From Trichoplax adhaerens (Eukaryota > Animalia > Placozoa), in contig NW_002060949.1 in assembly GCF_000150275.1 (NCBI RefSeq), positions 2,663,836-2,727,835 of the forward strand: a DNA stretch of 64,000 bases. The letters are read 5' to 3'. Each line of letters begins with the position of its first letter. The first letter of the stretch is position 1. Positions 23,855 through 38,200 of the stretch are shown piece after piece. A program made the translations under genes and the position numbers. A model generated the notes under the pieces. The model worked only from the letters and a program-made list of their open reading frames with translations. It ran no database searches and had not been told where the DNA came from.

Positions 23855-26451
23855 GTTGAATCTTGACGATTATTCCAACAATGATAAAATGATCGCTATA
23901 ACTGAAAGGATTTCGGCGTTTACCTAGCAACTGATTCCGTCCAATGAATCAAACCAATGTTAGCAAAGTTGGATTCGACTCCTACTATAAAAGTAGCAAA
24001 ACTACTTCCTACTGCACCTACCTCACGTCCAGAGCCAGCAACAACAGATCGCCCTTTGCGCTTTGGCACTTCGCGCGAGGAAGAAGTATCAAGTGTGGAG
24101 TTGCATAGTACTGTAAACTGTACTGTACACTGTAAATTACAGTACATCCTATTGTAGTACCGCCGTCCTGGAAATTGTTAATGGTAGGTATCCAATCCCG
24201 TAAACAGCTTGATCCTTTTCGTTTCCAATTCTTTAATATAATATATATACATCAATGGCCATGAGAGCTTACTGTTTCCACATATTGAAAATTGACCGGA
24301 TTTCGTGAAAAAAATGCCCGTATATACTGTAATATGTGCTGATTGATCGGATTGGAAAAGGATCATACTGGACTGCGCCAGTATATCGTAGAAGAAAACA
24401 AGTGTCGTCCATGCATACAGTATATACTAGTCCACATCAAAGTTCCGATTGAGGTCGATAAACCATATTGGGCGTATGTGGTACGAGTACTGTATATGTG
24501 TACAGGCAGACTGTAAACAAATAAATACTAAATAAATAATAGTGTATAACCCATATAACCAATACTGGCTACTGTAGTGTTATTATGATCTATAGCGTTG
24601 TCCATGTGGGCATGGCCAGGGACATGGTCATCACTCCATGCATGCAGAGTACATAGTGCAGTACATCCAGTTACGGACTAGTAGGCAGAGGAAAAGAAAG
24701 ACGGAAACTTGGTGTTGACTGGACTAGGGAGGGCGCGGCCGACATTGCTGGTCATTTTACAGCAAGTGTGCAGTGCGCTATATCTGTAATACTATACATT
24801 ACAGTACCTCAGTTATGAACTCGAAAGGTACTTTAATAGTCCATGCCTCTATCTAGATCTATGAATTTTCTTCTAACGGTCTATGGTTTGACTTTTATAC
24901 CTGCAATATTTTGCAGACCGTAGGAAAACGTTTCCAAGGGTTTTCTTTAGTGGTTATTGTGCAATGTGTACAGTACTACGGTAAATGTGACAGCTTCTTT
25001 GCACTAGACTCAGTCGTGTGTCCAAACTAGAACTATGCCAACGATAAATTACAGGTTCTCAGCATGTAAATGCAGAGGAACAACTAACAGGAAAGAAAGA
25101 GAGCATCCGTCAGTGCAAAATAATGTCAAGGCCTATCATTTTTCCGGTCATTCTACTATATGGTACAGCAATGAAACTGTATATCATACTGTACACTGTA
25201 CAGAACCAACTTAGCAGCCTATTAGCAGCTAATTTGCATGTCAACCGCAGACAGGGTAGTGTTCCGTTACAGACATGCAATACCCTTGAGATGGCCCCAA
25301 AATAATCGGCCTGCACATTATTAGTATAGTCAACGATCGCTTTACGTCCCGGGGCCTCTTTTTTTTCTTTCTTTCTTGTGCAGTAGTCCTTAGTAGTCTC
25401 TGGTAAAGGATGCTTTCTCACCTGTTCACGTCGACATCACGTTTTTAGTCTTCTTAAAACAGTTTGAAACTGACAAGTCCCAACATTGTGCAACTTGTGG
25501 GCCATGAATGCAGCTGTTGCATACGCAATGTCACGGCTGGAATGCTGTAAACACAGTGTACTGTATGTGACAGCCGGTGTACTGTACTATATACTGTAGA
25601 AATATACTGTACCTCGGGCGGACGGACTTTTCAGACCAGATGCGGGCGAAAATGTTTAAAAAGAATTACTCAGTATGGATCTGCCGTGTCTGTTTTCTAA
25701 ATCATTGGTATTAATTTGAAGAACATTGATGATCTAAAGTGACCGCTTTCAAGCAGAGCTTAGCAACAGGCAATAGAATACAATATTGTATTACTTAATT
25801 TAGAAAAAATCAGTCAATTCAGAATCGACTGTCTGAATACTAAAGTTACTCCCATAATGAAGTGTTTGACACAATTTGTTGACCAAAGTTGGCCCAATAT
25901 CCGTCCGTCCAAAACAGTGTCCACTCTTACTATACTGTACAGTACTGTACGCTACAGTACTTCACACTGTGCACTGTACACTACAGTACGATGGACTGTC
26001 GCCAAAAGTCAGCCTGAAGTAATATTTGGCGCAAAAAGAGCCCGAAGCGAAGGCAAGTTTCAAAAAATTTTTCTTTCATTCTGCTCTTGATGAAGTGAAT
26101 CCTATTTTACACTCTGCTATTTTACAACATCAACCTGAAGTAAGCCCATTCACTTTTAAAGCACAAAGCAAGTGGTGACTTGTTGTTCCTATCATTAGAA
26201 GGAAATTATTAACGGATGATTTAAGTTGATTTCGGCCATCGTAGACTCGTCGTACTAGTAGTACATGGACTGGAAATAGTATACAACAAGGAGAAGGTAC
26301 GTGTGTGGCTAGAACAACACAGTGCTCTCCATTTGAAATGCGGTGGAGAGAGAACAGTACACTGTCTCCCCCGATTCCTTTGCTGTACTATAGGCAATAG
26401 ACTGCAATCCACAATCGAACCCTGCGACATACTCGTACAGTACACCCAAGA

Positions 26452-26467
26452 CCCCCCCCCCCCCCCC
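26452..26467. repeat. C16 homopolymer
   Basis: Run of 16 C in the ACSS2/ATAD2 intergenic region. Confidence 0.95.
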
Positions 26468-28299
26468 TCAATGGAGTGGGATTGAAAAGTTGCCATCATC
26501 CATCTTGTCCATCAACATATTCAATTGCAGTATCCCTTTACATTTAATGTACAGTAGAGAGAGAGAGTAGCTTAACCAGGTAATAGTAGCCTGTGCTATT
26601 TTACGGTAAATCGATATACGATGTTGTTGTGCTTATTGCTAGTGAAGAAAGTTCTTATTCAAAGTCAGTCAACACGGTGGAAGCCATCATCAGTGCGAGC
26701 CGGTAGACACCTATTTCTAGTATTGATATAACTAAGTGGACCGTTGGTGTTATCGCTCAAATAGATCATAATGTCGTAATATTCAATATAAAATTCTTCT
26801 CATCAGCCACTCATGTATAGTATGATACTTGAATGGAAAATGAAAAGCAAATAATGGCGTCAGTAAGGTGGCGTAATACTGTAGAAAAGAAACTGAATGA
26901 TGCAAGGTATGCAACATGCATCATTCTGTATGGTATAGGATAATGTGGAGTGGATAATTGGACACGACAAAGTAATTCATTGCAGCAACTGGATAGTTTG
27001 ACATGGCCCATATGAATTTTCCCTTCATATTATACACTGTATTCCTAGGGTAAAAGACTTTGACAAATCGCTTACAATCATTTGACGATCAAATGTTTTG
27101 AGCTCTTATAACAATATACTGACCGGATAGAACGATGAACACCAGACACCGTAGAGAAATTTTCTCCACTATGTTGCTTGCATACCACACATACATTTGA
27201 CTGTACCACTTTGATATACAGTACGCGTACGTGGAGATTGATTATGTTATGCTGGTGCAATGGATTTACAAGATAGCTATGTGTATTGGGCTTTAACAAG
27301 TCCATTCAATAGTGATGGACAAGGCATTTTATATATAATTGCTCAAGTTTCATTCAAAGCCTGACAAATCTGAATGGCAACAACGATCCATGTCGACGAC
27401 CTCATTTTGCAGTACAGTGCTATCAATCGGCATTACCATTACTACAAAATCGCGATAGAATTAAAATAGTTATAGAGTGTACTATCATAGTGATGCGATA
27501 CTTTGCAACAGGATTGAAAGCTCTGGCATCCTACTTAGCAAAAATAAGCAGATCGATTTAGGGTATACGTTGTTTGTCTCCATTTTACTGCACTCGAACT
27601 TTATGCAGTTTCACTTATCAAGTAATAATTATTATACTGTAATTCCTTACAAATATCATAAATGTCCTTGGAAACAAGAATTCCAGCTTCCGCTGATACC
27701 TGACATTACTCTATGCAACACGTTATAGGCTATTGCGCGCATAGTTCGACGTTATCGTACTAGACACAAACGAGTGTAAAGTGCACTGTTTCCCTTGACA
27801 GACCTCACTACATCATCATAAAAAATTATTATCCATTTTTGACATTTCACGTAATAAAGCTCCAGATAACTCTAATTATAGCACTTTGGTATCGGCCTCA
27901 AATTTTTAGCGCTTCATAAATAGAATGCAGTATTCTATTTTTAGGCATCATTGATGGAAGAGGAGTGCAAGCATATTGTATTTCACACATTACGTAATTT
28001 CTCATTGCAAAATAATAATTTATAAAGCGATGTATTTACAGTATTGAAGTACTTGCAGTATACTGTGTTATATCTCTATGGCATCAATTACAATTTACTA
28101 TATCCAATGCTAAATTCTAGAAAAGTTCGTGCTATCTTGATGCTTATCAACACAAAATATTTATACACGGTGCAGCAGCAGTGAAACAATGATAATTAAT
28201 AGATGGCTATTTAACCGTCGATTAACTAACTTAAAAATGATTTGATTTTTTCCTTTAGATTGAAAGGAAACTTATTCAAAAACTGGTATTAAATCAGTC

Positions 28300-31200
28300 A
28301 TGGTGGCAACACGGTCTCGATCAAGCAATAACGGTCGGCGTAATTTGCTCACTAATATCATCAATTCTAGGCATTCTCGTAGAAACAAACTCGTTGTCAA
28401 TAATGTTAATCAAGAGGTAGGACAAAAAGGCATAAAAATCTTTATTTTCATTGCATATCCATATTTATGTACTAGCTCCGGTTCGCTTGACAATCACCGT
28501 AAATATTACCATTTCTATTTTAATTATCGCTTTTACAAGATGCTTTCTTTAACGTATGTGTGTTACTGTGGATAATTTTGCTTACTGATATCAATCTAAT
28601 GACACACACTACTTTTACCTTAAATTAGAATCGAAATACATATATTAACTATTGTAATTAAATACTGTTGCAAATTATTACAAATGTCGATAAACGCCAT
28701 CGCAAGAATGGCTAGACATTAACACATATCTAATAACCCAACTATCTATCTTATTTTCAGAGGGCATTCTTAAAAGATAATGCGGATGACAATTCCGTCA
28801 ATGTTGAGCGCCCAAGTTCACATCGGTAAGAGATTATGATATACATTATTTAAGACTAATCTATAATTGTCTAAATTGATTACATGTTGAAGCTACGATT
28901 ATCTTGATACGGTAGTCATTGCTATCAGGTTCACTCACGTATAAAAATTTCGTTGTAATGATTGAGCTACTATCCAGTCTTACTGGCTTATTTATACAAT
29001 TAAATCGTTTTATGTGCACTCCACAGATTACGATCCTTGAGAGGATTTATGGATTTTGATGATTCAAATGATAATTATAATGAAAGAAACGAAGGTAATA
29101 TTATATTGAAATGATTACGTTACGTATATACAGTACTAGGCCGATTGTATGATATTGGTCTGAGTTGCAATTTCGAAGTACATTTTATGCCATAAAACAT
29201 TCTCTCTGTTATTACTCTTTATGGTTTCAAATTTTATGAAATTTTAAGGTACGCTAAGTATCTTTACCCTTTTTAATCCGTTAGATATTGCTGCTGACGG
29301 TATAAACGACGAAGAGGAATATAACGGTTGGTTAAGACGTAGTAGTCGTCAAAGACGACTAGTTTACAATTCCTTAAATCTTGACGTACTCACTGGCAAG
29401 AGTGAAATTAGTCGTGCTGTTACAAGTGCTAATGTAAGTATGATTTTATATACAAATTTCGGTTCGATATATTAGTTATCTATATTCGATATGACGCAGT
29501 TATACGTAGCATAGATAACCGTACTATTCTGATATTGATACGGAGTAATCCTTTAAGTTATATATCTGAATGTAAGAAAAATACGTGTACTGGATTGAAA
29601 TTTCTAGTATTTTTATTATGGACCTGTGGAATGTAAAATTATATGAACCTGTGCTATACCTATAGAACGTAGATGATGAGATTTCTGAGAGTAACGAGGA
29701 CGAAGACGATGACGATGATGAAGACGATGACGATGATGAAAACGATGATGAAGACGATGATGAAGACGAAGATGAAGATGACGTAGAAGAAGACGATAAA
29801 GATGACGAAGATGAGGGTTTGTATATATATGTATATATGTATGTATTCATACATAAATCCAACTACACCCATGTTAATTACTAATATATTTAAAATACTA
29901 AAATTGGGTTGATACCCTTCATCACTTCATTAATTAATAAATGTAGGTAATTTCCATCGCCGTAAGTACAACTTACGTGAAAAACGTCATGTTCCGACAC
30001 GATTTAGTATCCCAATTGGAGAAACTATAAAACGCCGTCGGAATCATGCAATGCGCCCTTGGCTTAAACATGTCAAGAAAGATACCTCAAACCGACGACG
30101 TCGAGAAAAGAAACGACAGTTACGTATAGCTGGTAACGATCAAGATTCCTTCTCCAGTGATGAAGAATGGTTTGAGATGCGAAAGCAGAGAAGTCTTATG
30201 CGATCTAGAAACCGATTTCTTCCTTTAAATTTTAAACGTAAGAGTAATAGCTTGTTATTATCAGGTGATGCGTATCAATTTTATCATTCATTTTTACTGT
30301 ATCATAACTCTTGCAGCTGAAGATTTATCGAATCACAAAATTATTGAACAAAGATTAAAGATTGGATCCAGCCTAGCTGATATTGAACCTATGGCGATAG
30401 ATTCAACAATTACTTTTGATGATATTGGAGGCTTAAGCAATCATATCAACTCTTTAAAGGAAATGGTATTGTTTCCCCTGCTTTATCCAGAAGTATTTCA
30501 AAAATTTAACATAACTCCTCCAAGAGGTGTTTTATTCCATGGTAAGCCAGGAACAGGTAAAACGTTAGTAGCTCGAGCTGTTGCCAATCAGTGTAGTCTC
30601 GGTGGAAAGAAGGTAGCTTTTTTCATGAGAAAAGGTGCTGATTGTCTTAGTAAATGGGCTGGAGAATCTGAACGTCAGCTACGATTGTTATTCGATCAGG
30701 TCGGTAGTCGTTGACATAACCCGTGTTTGAGATACTCAAATTACTTTCCAAGTATGACTTATAGATTTATATCCGGACTAAAATTTAGGCTTACGGTATG
30801 AGGCCAGCCATAATTTTTTTCGATGAGATTGATGGTTTAGCACCAGTTCGCTCCAGTAAACAAGATCAGATTCATTCATCGATTGTGTCAACATTATTAG
30901 CTTTGATGGATGGACTGGATAATCGAGGCGAAATTATAGTTATTGGTAACTATAGTGTTTTGTAGTCTTCAATCAGTGATTTATTTATTTGTTCGAGATA
31001 TTGATTTGATTAATTGAATTGTATGATGGTCACTTTAGGTGCTACAAACCGTGTCGATGCGATTGATCCTGCGCTTAGACGTCCTGGAAGATTCGATCGT
31101 GAGTTTTACTTTCCTCTTCCTGATAGAAAGTCGAGACGTTCTATAGTGCAGATACATACTCGCCAATGGGATCCACCACTAACGGACGAGTCCATAGACG

Positions 31201-33979
31201 ATATCGCAGATAAATGTATTGGTTACTGCGGTGCGGATATAAAAGCTCTTTGCACTGAATCAGCATTAAATGCTCTACGTCGTAGATATCCACAAATTTA
31301 TAACAGTAACAAGAAGTTAAAGATTGATGTGGATTCGATTCATATCGAACCTTGCGACTACGAATTTGCAATGAATTCAATTACACCGTCTGCCCAGAGG
31401 GGTGTAATATCAGTTGGGAGACCTTTAAACAAATTAACGCGGCTTCTGTTTAGCTCGCACTTAGATAAAGTCTTTAATTTTTTGAAAACAAAATTTCCGT
31501 TTGGCAAGTTACTGAACTCAGGTATTCAGGTCTACGTTTCAATATCATTTTTGTTACGCAGCTGTTCATACGTAAAATGTTAATCATACTATTTTTTTGG
31601 CTATAGGATATGATAAAGCACACAGTCAATCAATCACTGGGGCATTTGAGACCATTATTTATCGTCCAAAACTTCTACTTTATGGTAAATCAGGTATGGG
31701 ACAGTCGTCACATATTGCCCTGGAGATTCTTCATAACATAGATGAAATCCCAGTTTATCACCTGGATATTCCTCATTTGTACACGTCTATGAAAACTCCA
31801 GAGGAATCTTGCGCCCAGGTAATTATAAAGTCCTTTATATTGCAATCTATAATAAGATTGGTACTCCTTTTAGATAGTGCAAATATAAAATTTAGCATCA
31901 TGCTTATACTTTTTTGCACACGTACATAGGTAATTATGGAAGCTTCTAGTAAATGTCCCTGTGTTCTATTCCTGCCTCGTATCGAAACATGGTGGTCTGT
32001 TGCATCTGATTCATTACGAGCAACTATTTGTGGACTTCTGTGCGACTTACAGCCTTCCCTGCCCATTTTATTGCTGGCAACTAGTGATTGCGAAAATTTT
32101 ACTGGATCACTTCCTACGATATTGAGGGAATTGCAAATAACAAAAGATGCATGCTTTCATATCAACTCGCCAGATTACTACGCTAGGTACTTGTATTTTA
32201 AAGAAGTGCTAGAGAATTGTTCTAAAGGGCGGACAAGAAAAAGTTTAGGTAACAGAAATTACGTATTATCATGCGGTATTACGGTAGTAGACGCGGGAAT
32301 ATTCATTTAGCAATACTTTGTCTACCTCTTGACATTAGATACTGTTGTCAGAAGTGAAATTGAAATCCTAGAAGTGGAAGATAGTAGCTCGGTATCTAGA
32401 CAGTTGACAAAAGAAGAGGTAGATCGTTTGGCAAAATATGAAAGTAATGTCTTTAGAGAACTAAGAATCTTTTTGAGAGATGTTATAAACAGACTCATGT
32501 CCGATCGAAAATTTTGTTGCTTTGTTAAGCCTGTTAATCTTGACGAGGTTAGAATTCCATTGCTTTATAAAGAAACGCCCTATTATAAGATACATTGCAA
32601 TCAATAATGTAAGACTTACTTTAATATGTAATTTTAGGTAACAGACTATTTGGATGTTGTGACGACACCCATGGACTTTTCAACAATTGCTGATAAAATA
32701 GATGATGGCTCGTACACATCTGCCGCACAGTTTGTAGCGGACATTCAAATCATTGTAAATAATGCACTGAAATATAATCCTGTTAGTGATCCACTTAGTA
32801 AAGCTGTCCGCCATCGAGCTTTTATGCTAAAGGATACCGTCGACTCTATTATTGATAAGGAACTTGATAGCGATTTTGAAAAGGTTTGTATTCTATATAG
32901 GTATTTCAGGGTTGTTTCAATGCTTAAGATAATCTACAATATGTTATACGTAGACTTGTGAAGAACTAAAAGAATCCAGAAAACGCCGTGGTAAAGCAAT
33001 TCTGTTGATAATTCATACATGTAGTAAACACTTACTATATAAATTTTATGTATTTGAAAGAAACTTCACTCATTACTGTTATTATAATGTATAGAAAATT
33101 TACCGGTAACCATTGACGAAAGTCCCAAAACAGATGCAACAAACATCAGTAGTCTTATATACGTACGGAAACCACCAATAAATTCTGTACGATTTAGTAA
33201 ACGAATTCGAGGTATAGAAGTAGATGAATCTACAGAAAATTCGTGTGACGAAATTCAGTACCGGCAGTCACAAGCCAAAGCTGTCGTTCAAAACGGAAAA
33301 TTAAACGATACATCAGAAACGACAAGTGTTGGTGAAACTGATTCTCATTTAAATTTCAATGATGGTGATAATAGTATCCGGAATAGTAGTAAGTCGTACT
33401 ATTGTTGCCTGGATAGCTGAAGTTAATGAATACGTTACTAATCAATGTTTATATTTCTCACGGAGCTAACATTAGTAACTTCTTTAAATTTAAATTCTTA
33501 TAAGGTACCGTTAGTTCAGAGATTACTACCAATTCTTGCCTCCTAATCAGTAATGGTTCTGCTGGTCTTTGTGAAACCGACCGTTATGAACAACTCGGTA
33601 AGTGAATAGGTACAACTTTTTACTGTCCGCTGCATTAATAGCTAGATATCATATTTCTGAAATCTCACTTTTTAAGCATCTATAATATTTGACTTTTTTT
33701 ATAGATACTATAGATAATGGTGTCAGTGATGAGGAATTGAATTCTCTAATTTCTCGTTTGGCCACTTCAACTGCTGAGAACACTATAGAAGATATTGAAA
33801 GGCTTTCTGTGAATATTCACGGATTCTTTAAAAGCTATAGTCAAGTCCATAATAGATGTCCTCCACTAACGGTATATAGTACACGTTATTATATTTTAAA
33901 AAACGGTAACGTTAAATGACTAATTCCTGCCGTTTTTGATTTACAGGATATTGAACAGTTTATTGCTCATGCTGAATAA
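28300..33979 (+). CDS. ATAD2: ATAD2/Yta7-family AAA+ ATPase with bromodomain
   Basis: Starts MVATRSR. Acidic exon 29666-29816. AAA1: FDDIGGL..PPRGVLFHGKPGTGKT..FFMRKGADCLSKW..IIFFDEIDGLAPVRSSKQDQIH..GATNRVDAIDPALRRPGRFDREF. AAA2 is degenerate (YGKSGMGQS). Bromodomain: FVKPV..DYLDVVTTPMDFSTI..NALKYNP. Last exon DIEQFIAHAE*. Confidence 0.93.
29693..29815 (+). repeat. Coding (GAY/GAR)n tract encoding the poly-Asp/Glu region of ATAD2
   Basis: GAC GAT GAC GAT GAT GAA repeats inside exon 29666-29816. Confidence 0.85.
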
Positions 33980-35291
33980 GTAGATCGTTTGAATGTGGGC
34001 CTTTGAGCTAATAATATACCCTTATGTTGGATTTGATATCTATAGAAAGATATTTAAATTTATAAATTTCTTTTATATGGTATTTATAGTTATGCTTAAT
34101 CCTGTAAGCGAATTGTCACAATTTAAACATTTTCTAAATAATTCCCTGTGCGTTTTATCGTATATGCAGTTAGTATAAATGACTCGCTATCTTCGATAGA
34201 TATTTATTTTTAAATTAAGTTTGTACAATATTATCGAAGGTGCGTTATTTATGATGAATAGTGATGCGACCTATAACTAATGACAACAAGTACTATTTCA
34301 CTTTGACTAAAATTATATATTAATAAACTCAACGATTTATACTTTGAAATCTTAAATTTGAGCTTTTGTCCTTGTTAAAAGTATTTAATTAGAATATTAT
34401 CGGTGTAAAATTCAGTAATTTGTACCATACTTACACAACAACTGGTTTGAAATATGATCACTCAACTTCAACGATAAAGAAAAAGTTACGACTATACACT
34501 TTAATGACACTCAGTAATGTACTATACTTTAATCTTGATACCTTACAACTTTACGTCTAATCATAATAAATCGCGTTCTTATGACATATAAACAAACAAC
34601 ATATCCATAACTGCTGTTCGTAATAAATTTAAAAATGTTTCTTGACTTTTATTTTTTAAAGCGAATGTATCGATAATATCGATAGTTTCATAATTTATAA
34701 GACGCAATGGCGAAATATTAATAGCCACATTTAGCGAATCCATATGAACACTAAAGGAGAAACTTGTTGCCGTGAAAGCGAAACAGCGCTTAAATAGTAT
34801 CACTGTTTCGGTAACCGTAATTGCACGGTGATATGACCAATTAATCTTTGTTAAATCTCAGGTAAAGAAATGAATCATGTATTATATTCTGGCATAAGAC
34901 ATCATAAACTGAGCATTCTACTATGGTAATAAATTCGTTTTCGAGTATCAACTTGCTATTAAAGTTAGCAGTATTCTAGTTCAAGATTAGGCTGATAGAA
35001 TATAAAATAATTAAATTAGATATATCAATATTATTCTATAATTTTAAGAGTGGATGGGACGTATTTTCGCTATTTCCAATGTTCCAAAATTTTAGAGAAA
35101 TTAATTATAAATTGTAACTCAGTTGTTTATGAACTAATTTTATATCGATTCATATGCCTTCTAACGTTTTGGATGATGTATATGTAATCTATAAGGATAG
35201 ACTCCAAGTATCATGTGCTTCTGTAGCAATTTTAGTAAGCCTTTCAGATTTTAGGCATAAAATATATGCGCTGATTCTAACGTAATTAAGT

Positions 35292-38200
35292 TTATTTGTT
35301 ATCTGCGATGGAGTCCTTACTGCCACTTGAAACTTTTGCAGAATTTGCCGTTGATGAATGAGACGTTCTGAGTTTATCTTTACGATATTTCGGTTCGTAG
35401 ATTTCTCCTTCCTCATTGGCCTTTTGGAGTGCTTCTAATTCATCTTTTTCTGCTTTTTGTTTTGCTACTAGAGCTGACCAGTTTTGTAAATTTGACCTAA
35501 GATGGGCAATATAAATTGATGAACCTTATATTAAATTTGCAAAAAATTTAGTGATATGTATTAATTCTACTGGCAGCTTTTACTTGTATAGATATGATTA
35601 CAATTGCGAATTGAACATGGAACAACTCTAGCTAAGGTGATGAGTTATATTAACTGGCATACATAATTTAACCATGGAAGATCAGCATCTTAGAGTCATT
35701 ATAAAGGCATGCATGAACTGGTATTTTTAGTATATTTACCTTGTGCCATCTAGCATTGGATAAGTATTAGGAAGTATTCTAGCTAGAATTTCGTAGCATG
35801 GCAAACAAATTCCCATGATAAATCCCACCTAAAATGTCAAGTAAACGTTACTAATGTCATGAAAAAATCTGTTTCTAGTATTAATTTCATACAGTAATAA
35901 CTTTTACAAGGTAATTAGGAATTGCAATAAGTGTTTTCATTTTATAGGCCTTTTATCTGACCTGGTTTGCTGGCAAATCATGTGCTTTTTCTCTATCCAT
36001 CATTGGTAAAGGATTTCGAGATTGAGCTTTTTCTTCATCACCCTAATACATATTTTAAGAATGTAAAATTTTTTTATTTCAGCCGAGCGTAATCTTAGCC
36101 AAATAGCTTACTCTTGTTATGAAATGTGGATATCTTCGAGCAATAAAGTATTACTTCACCTCTAACCTGATTATAAAACTCTTGAAAGAGCTGTCTGACT
36201 GTTAGTCTGTTGATATGCCAAGGTTTGATTACAGCTGAGAGATCACAAGCTGTCATAATGATGCCCTTCAATCTCATTCTAAAGGTAGAACAGAAGACTA
36301 TCAAAATCACATGCATTATCATCACGCATACACTTGCTCTGACTAGTAAATAGATTAAGTAACCAGTTGATTAAATTCCATTTTAAGAGATATTCAGTCA
36401 GTAATTGCCATACTTGTAATGCTTTAAATACGTATTTGAAAACTACCACGTATTTTTTATTACAGGTAATTGATCTATATGTATAAAATTTAACGTAGAA
36501 TAATACATAAACTATCCTTTTATCTTATCTAATTACTGATTTAGCGAAAATTCTGATCAAACTCTCTTCAACTTACATGTGTTCCGGATTATTCCAGCTA
36601 AACTTATTTTCATTGATAATTTTTTGCAAGATCGCACGATTACTGAAGAAAAGTGCCAAATCTGTATATACGATTGCTTGTTTCATGTCTTGAATTGCCT
36701 AACCATACCAATCATGGATTCGTTGACGTTAGTAACATTAATTAATACTTTAATGATAATTCTAATATTGTAGCTTGCAACACGGGAGTTGATATTAAAA
36801 ATTTATAGTGTTTAATTGAACAATATGGTTACAATATTAGGACATCGCCTGAGTAGTGATAATCGTAATTGAAGATTTTTACCTTTTCATATAAATCTTT
36901 AGGTAGAAATTCAAAAACATTATGACCATCTGCCTATAACATGGTAGATTACACAAAACAACGGCAAAATTAAAAAGGTTTGATAAAATTTTCTAGAAAA
37001 GTTATTCCGCATAAACGTTTAGGCTAAAGAGGTTGAAATTTCCCTAACTTTTCGCTTAGTAACATTAAAAACAAGGATAATATTTACGGAGAGGAAAGCA
37101 GTAAAGATGAAGTTTATGATAATCGTTAATATATCATTGCCTTATTATTATAGCGCGCTATATACTATATATATAATATTTATACATATAAGTAAAGCTG
37201 ACATTACCCTTAAGATTGACATTGCTGTATAAAAGTGATGATACTCCATAGTAGAAGTACTGTACATTGCAGCTAAAGGATTTTTTGAATTGACCATATA
37301 CGCGTTAGTCTTAGCTCGATGATCCAGATCATGACACAAGCATCCAACAAATAGAGCCAATCGCTGTGAAATAGATTATTAAGATTATGTCAGCTAGAAG
37401 TTGACGTAAAATTAGCCTATGAATTGTCAGATAGATACAAAGTGTTTATAATACAGACTGTAACTTTACGCCAACAATTTAAACAATTAAGATAGCTAAA
37501 CATTTCACAAAATTGAAATCAACCCATAGCCGGTAATAAAGGCAAAATAACTAAAAATTTTAATTCATTCACAGTTAAGATATTGAATTTTAGAATTTAT
37601 AGATTCATCCGGATTAAAGTCATGAATTACTTTATAGTAACTGATATCAAAGCTGCAGATGTAATATGTATATCAATATCGATTTTACGTAATTGCAGAG
37701 ATTAAAATTAAAATCTTTGGCTAATGTAGAAAATATAAACTTTGATCGCCATTCTCAAGATCAAAATTGTAATATTTTTCTATAGTTATCAATCCTAAGA
37801 GCATTTTGTTAAAGTAGCTAACTATGCAGTACTTCTATTCATGAAACATTGCATTATCGTCCTTAAGGCCGCGATAATTCCACACATAGTTTTGTATTAC
37901 CTCTATTGGAGAAAGAACGTCAGGGCAAGTTTTGATCACGGTATAAAAACTATGAGCTACTTGAAAAGCATGATTCCAGTTATGATAGGGCACATTGCGG
38001 TAATTATTGCGTACTGTCAATGTGAATCGAATAAGAGTTTCTTCGTTGAACCTGGTAAAAATAAAGTTAGGGACTGTTAGTTAAAATTATTTCAATCTTT
38101 AAAAACATGTGAATTCAGCTGTACATAAATAAAATAACATAGTATTTAGATAGAAGTCGCCGCTAGCAAGAACTATGGACTAATTTTCATGTCCAGAAAT

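Noticed and set aside
25619-25910. Possible MITE bounded by GGACGGAC / GTCCGTCC
   Set aside because: Only an 8-bp inverted match, no clear target-site duplication and no second copy in the window.
23920-27728. Short ORFs between ACSS2 and ATAD2
   Set aside because: No recognisable motifs and no chain of phase-compatible exons.
29524-29872. Minus-strand poly-Ser and Phe/Ile/Val-rich ORFs
   Set aside because: They are antisense shadows of the ATAD2 poly-Asp/Glu exon.
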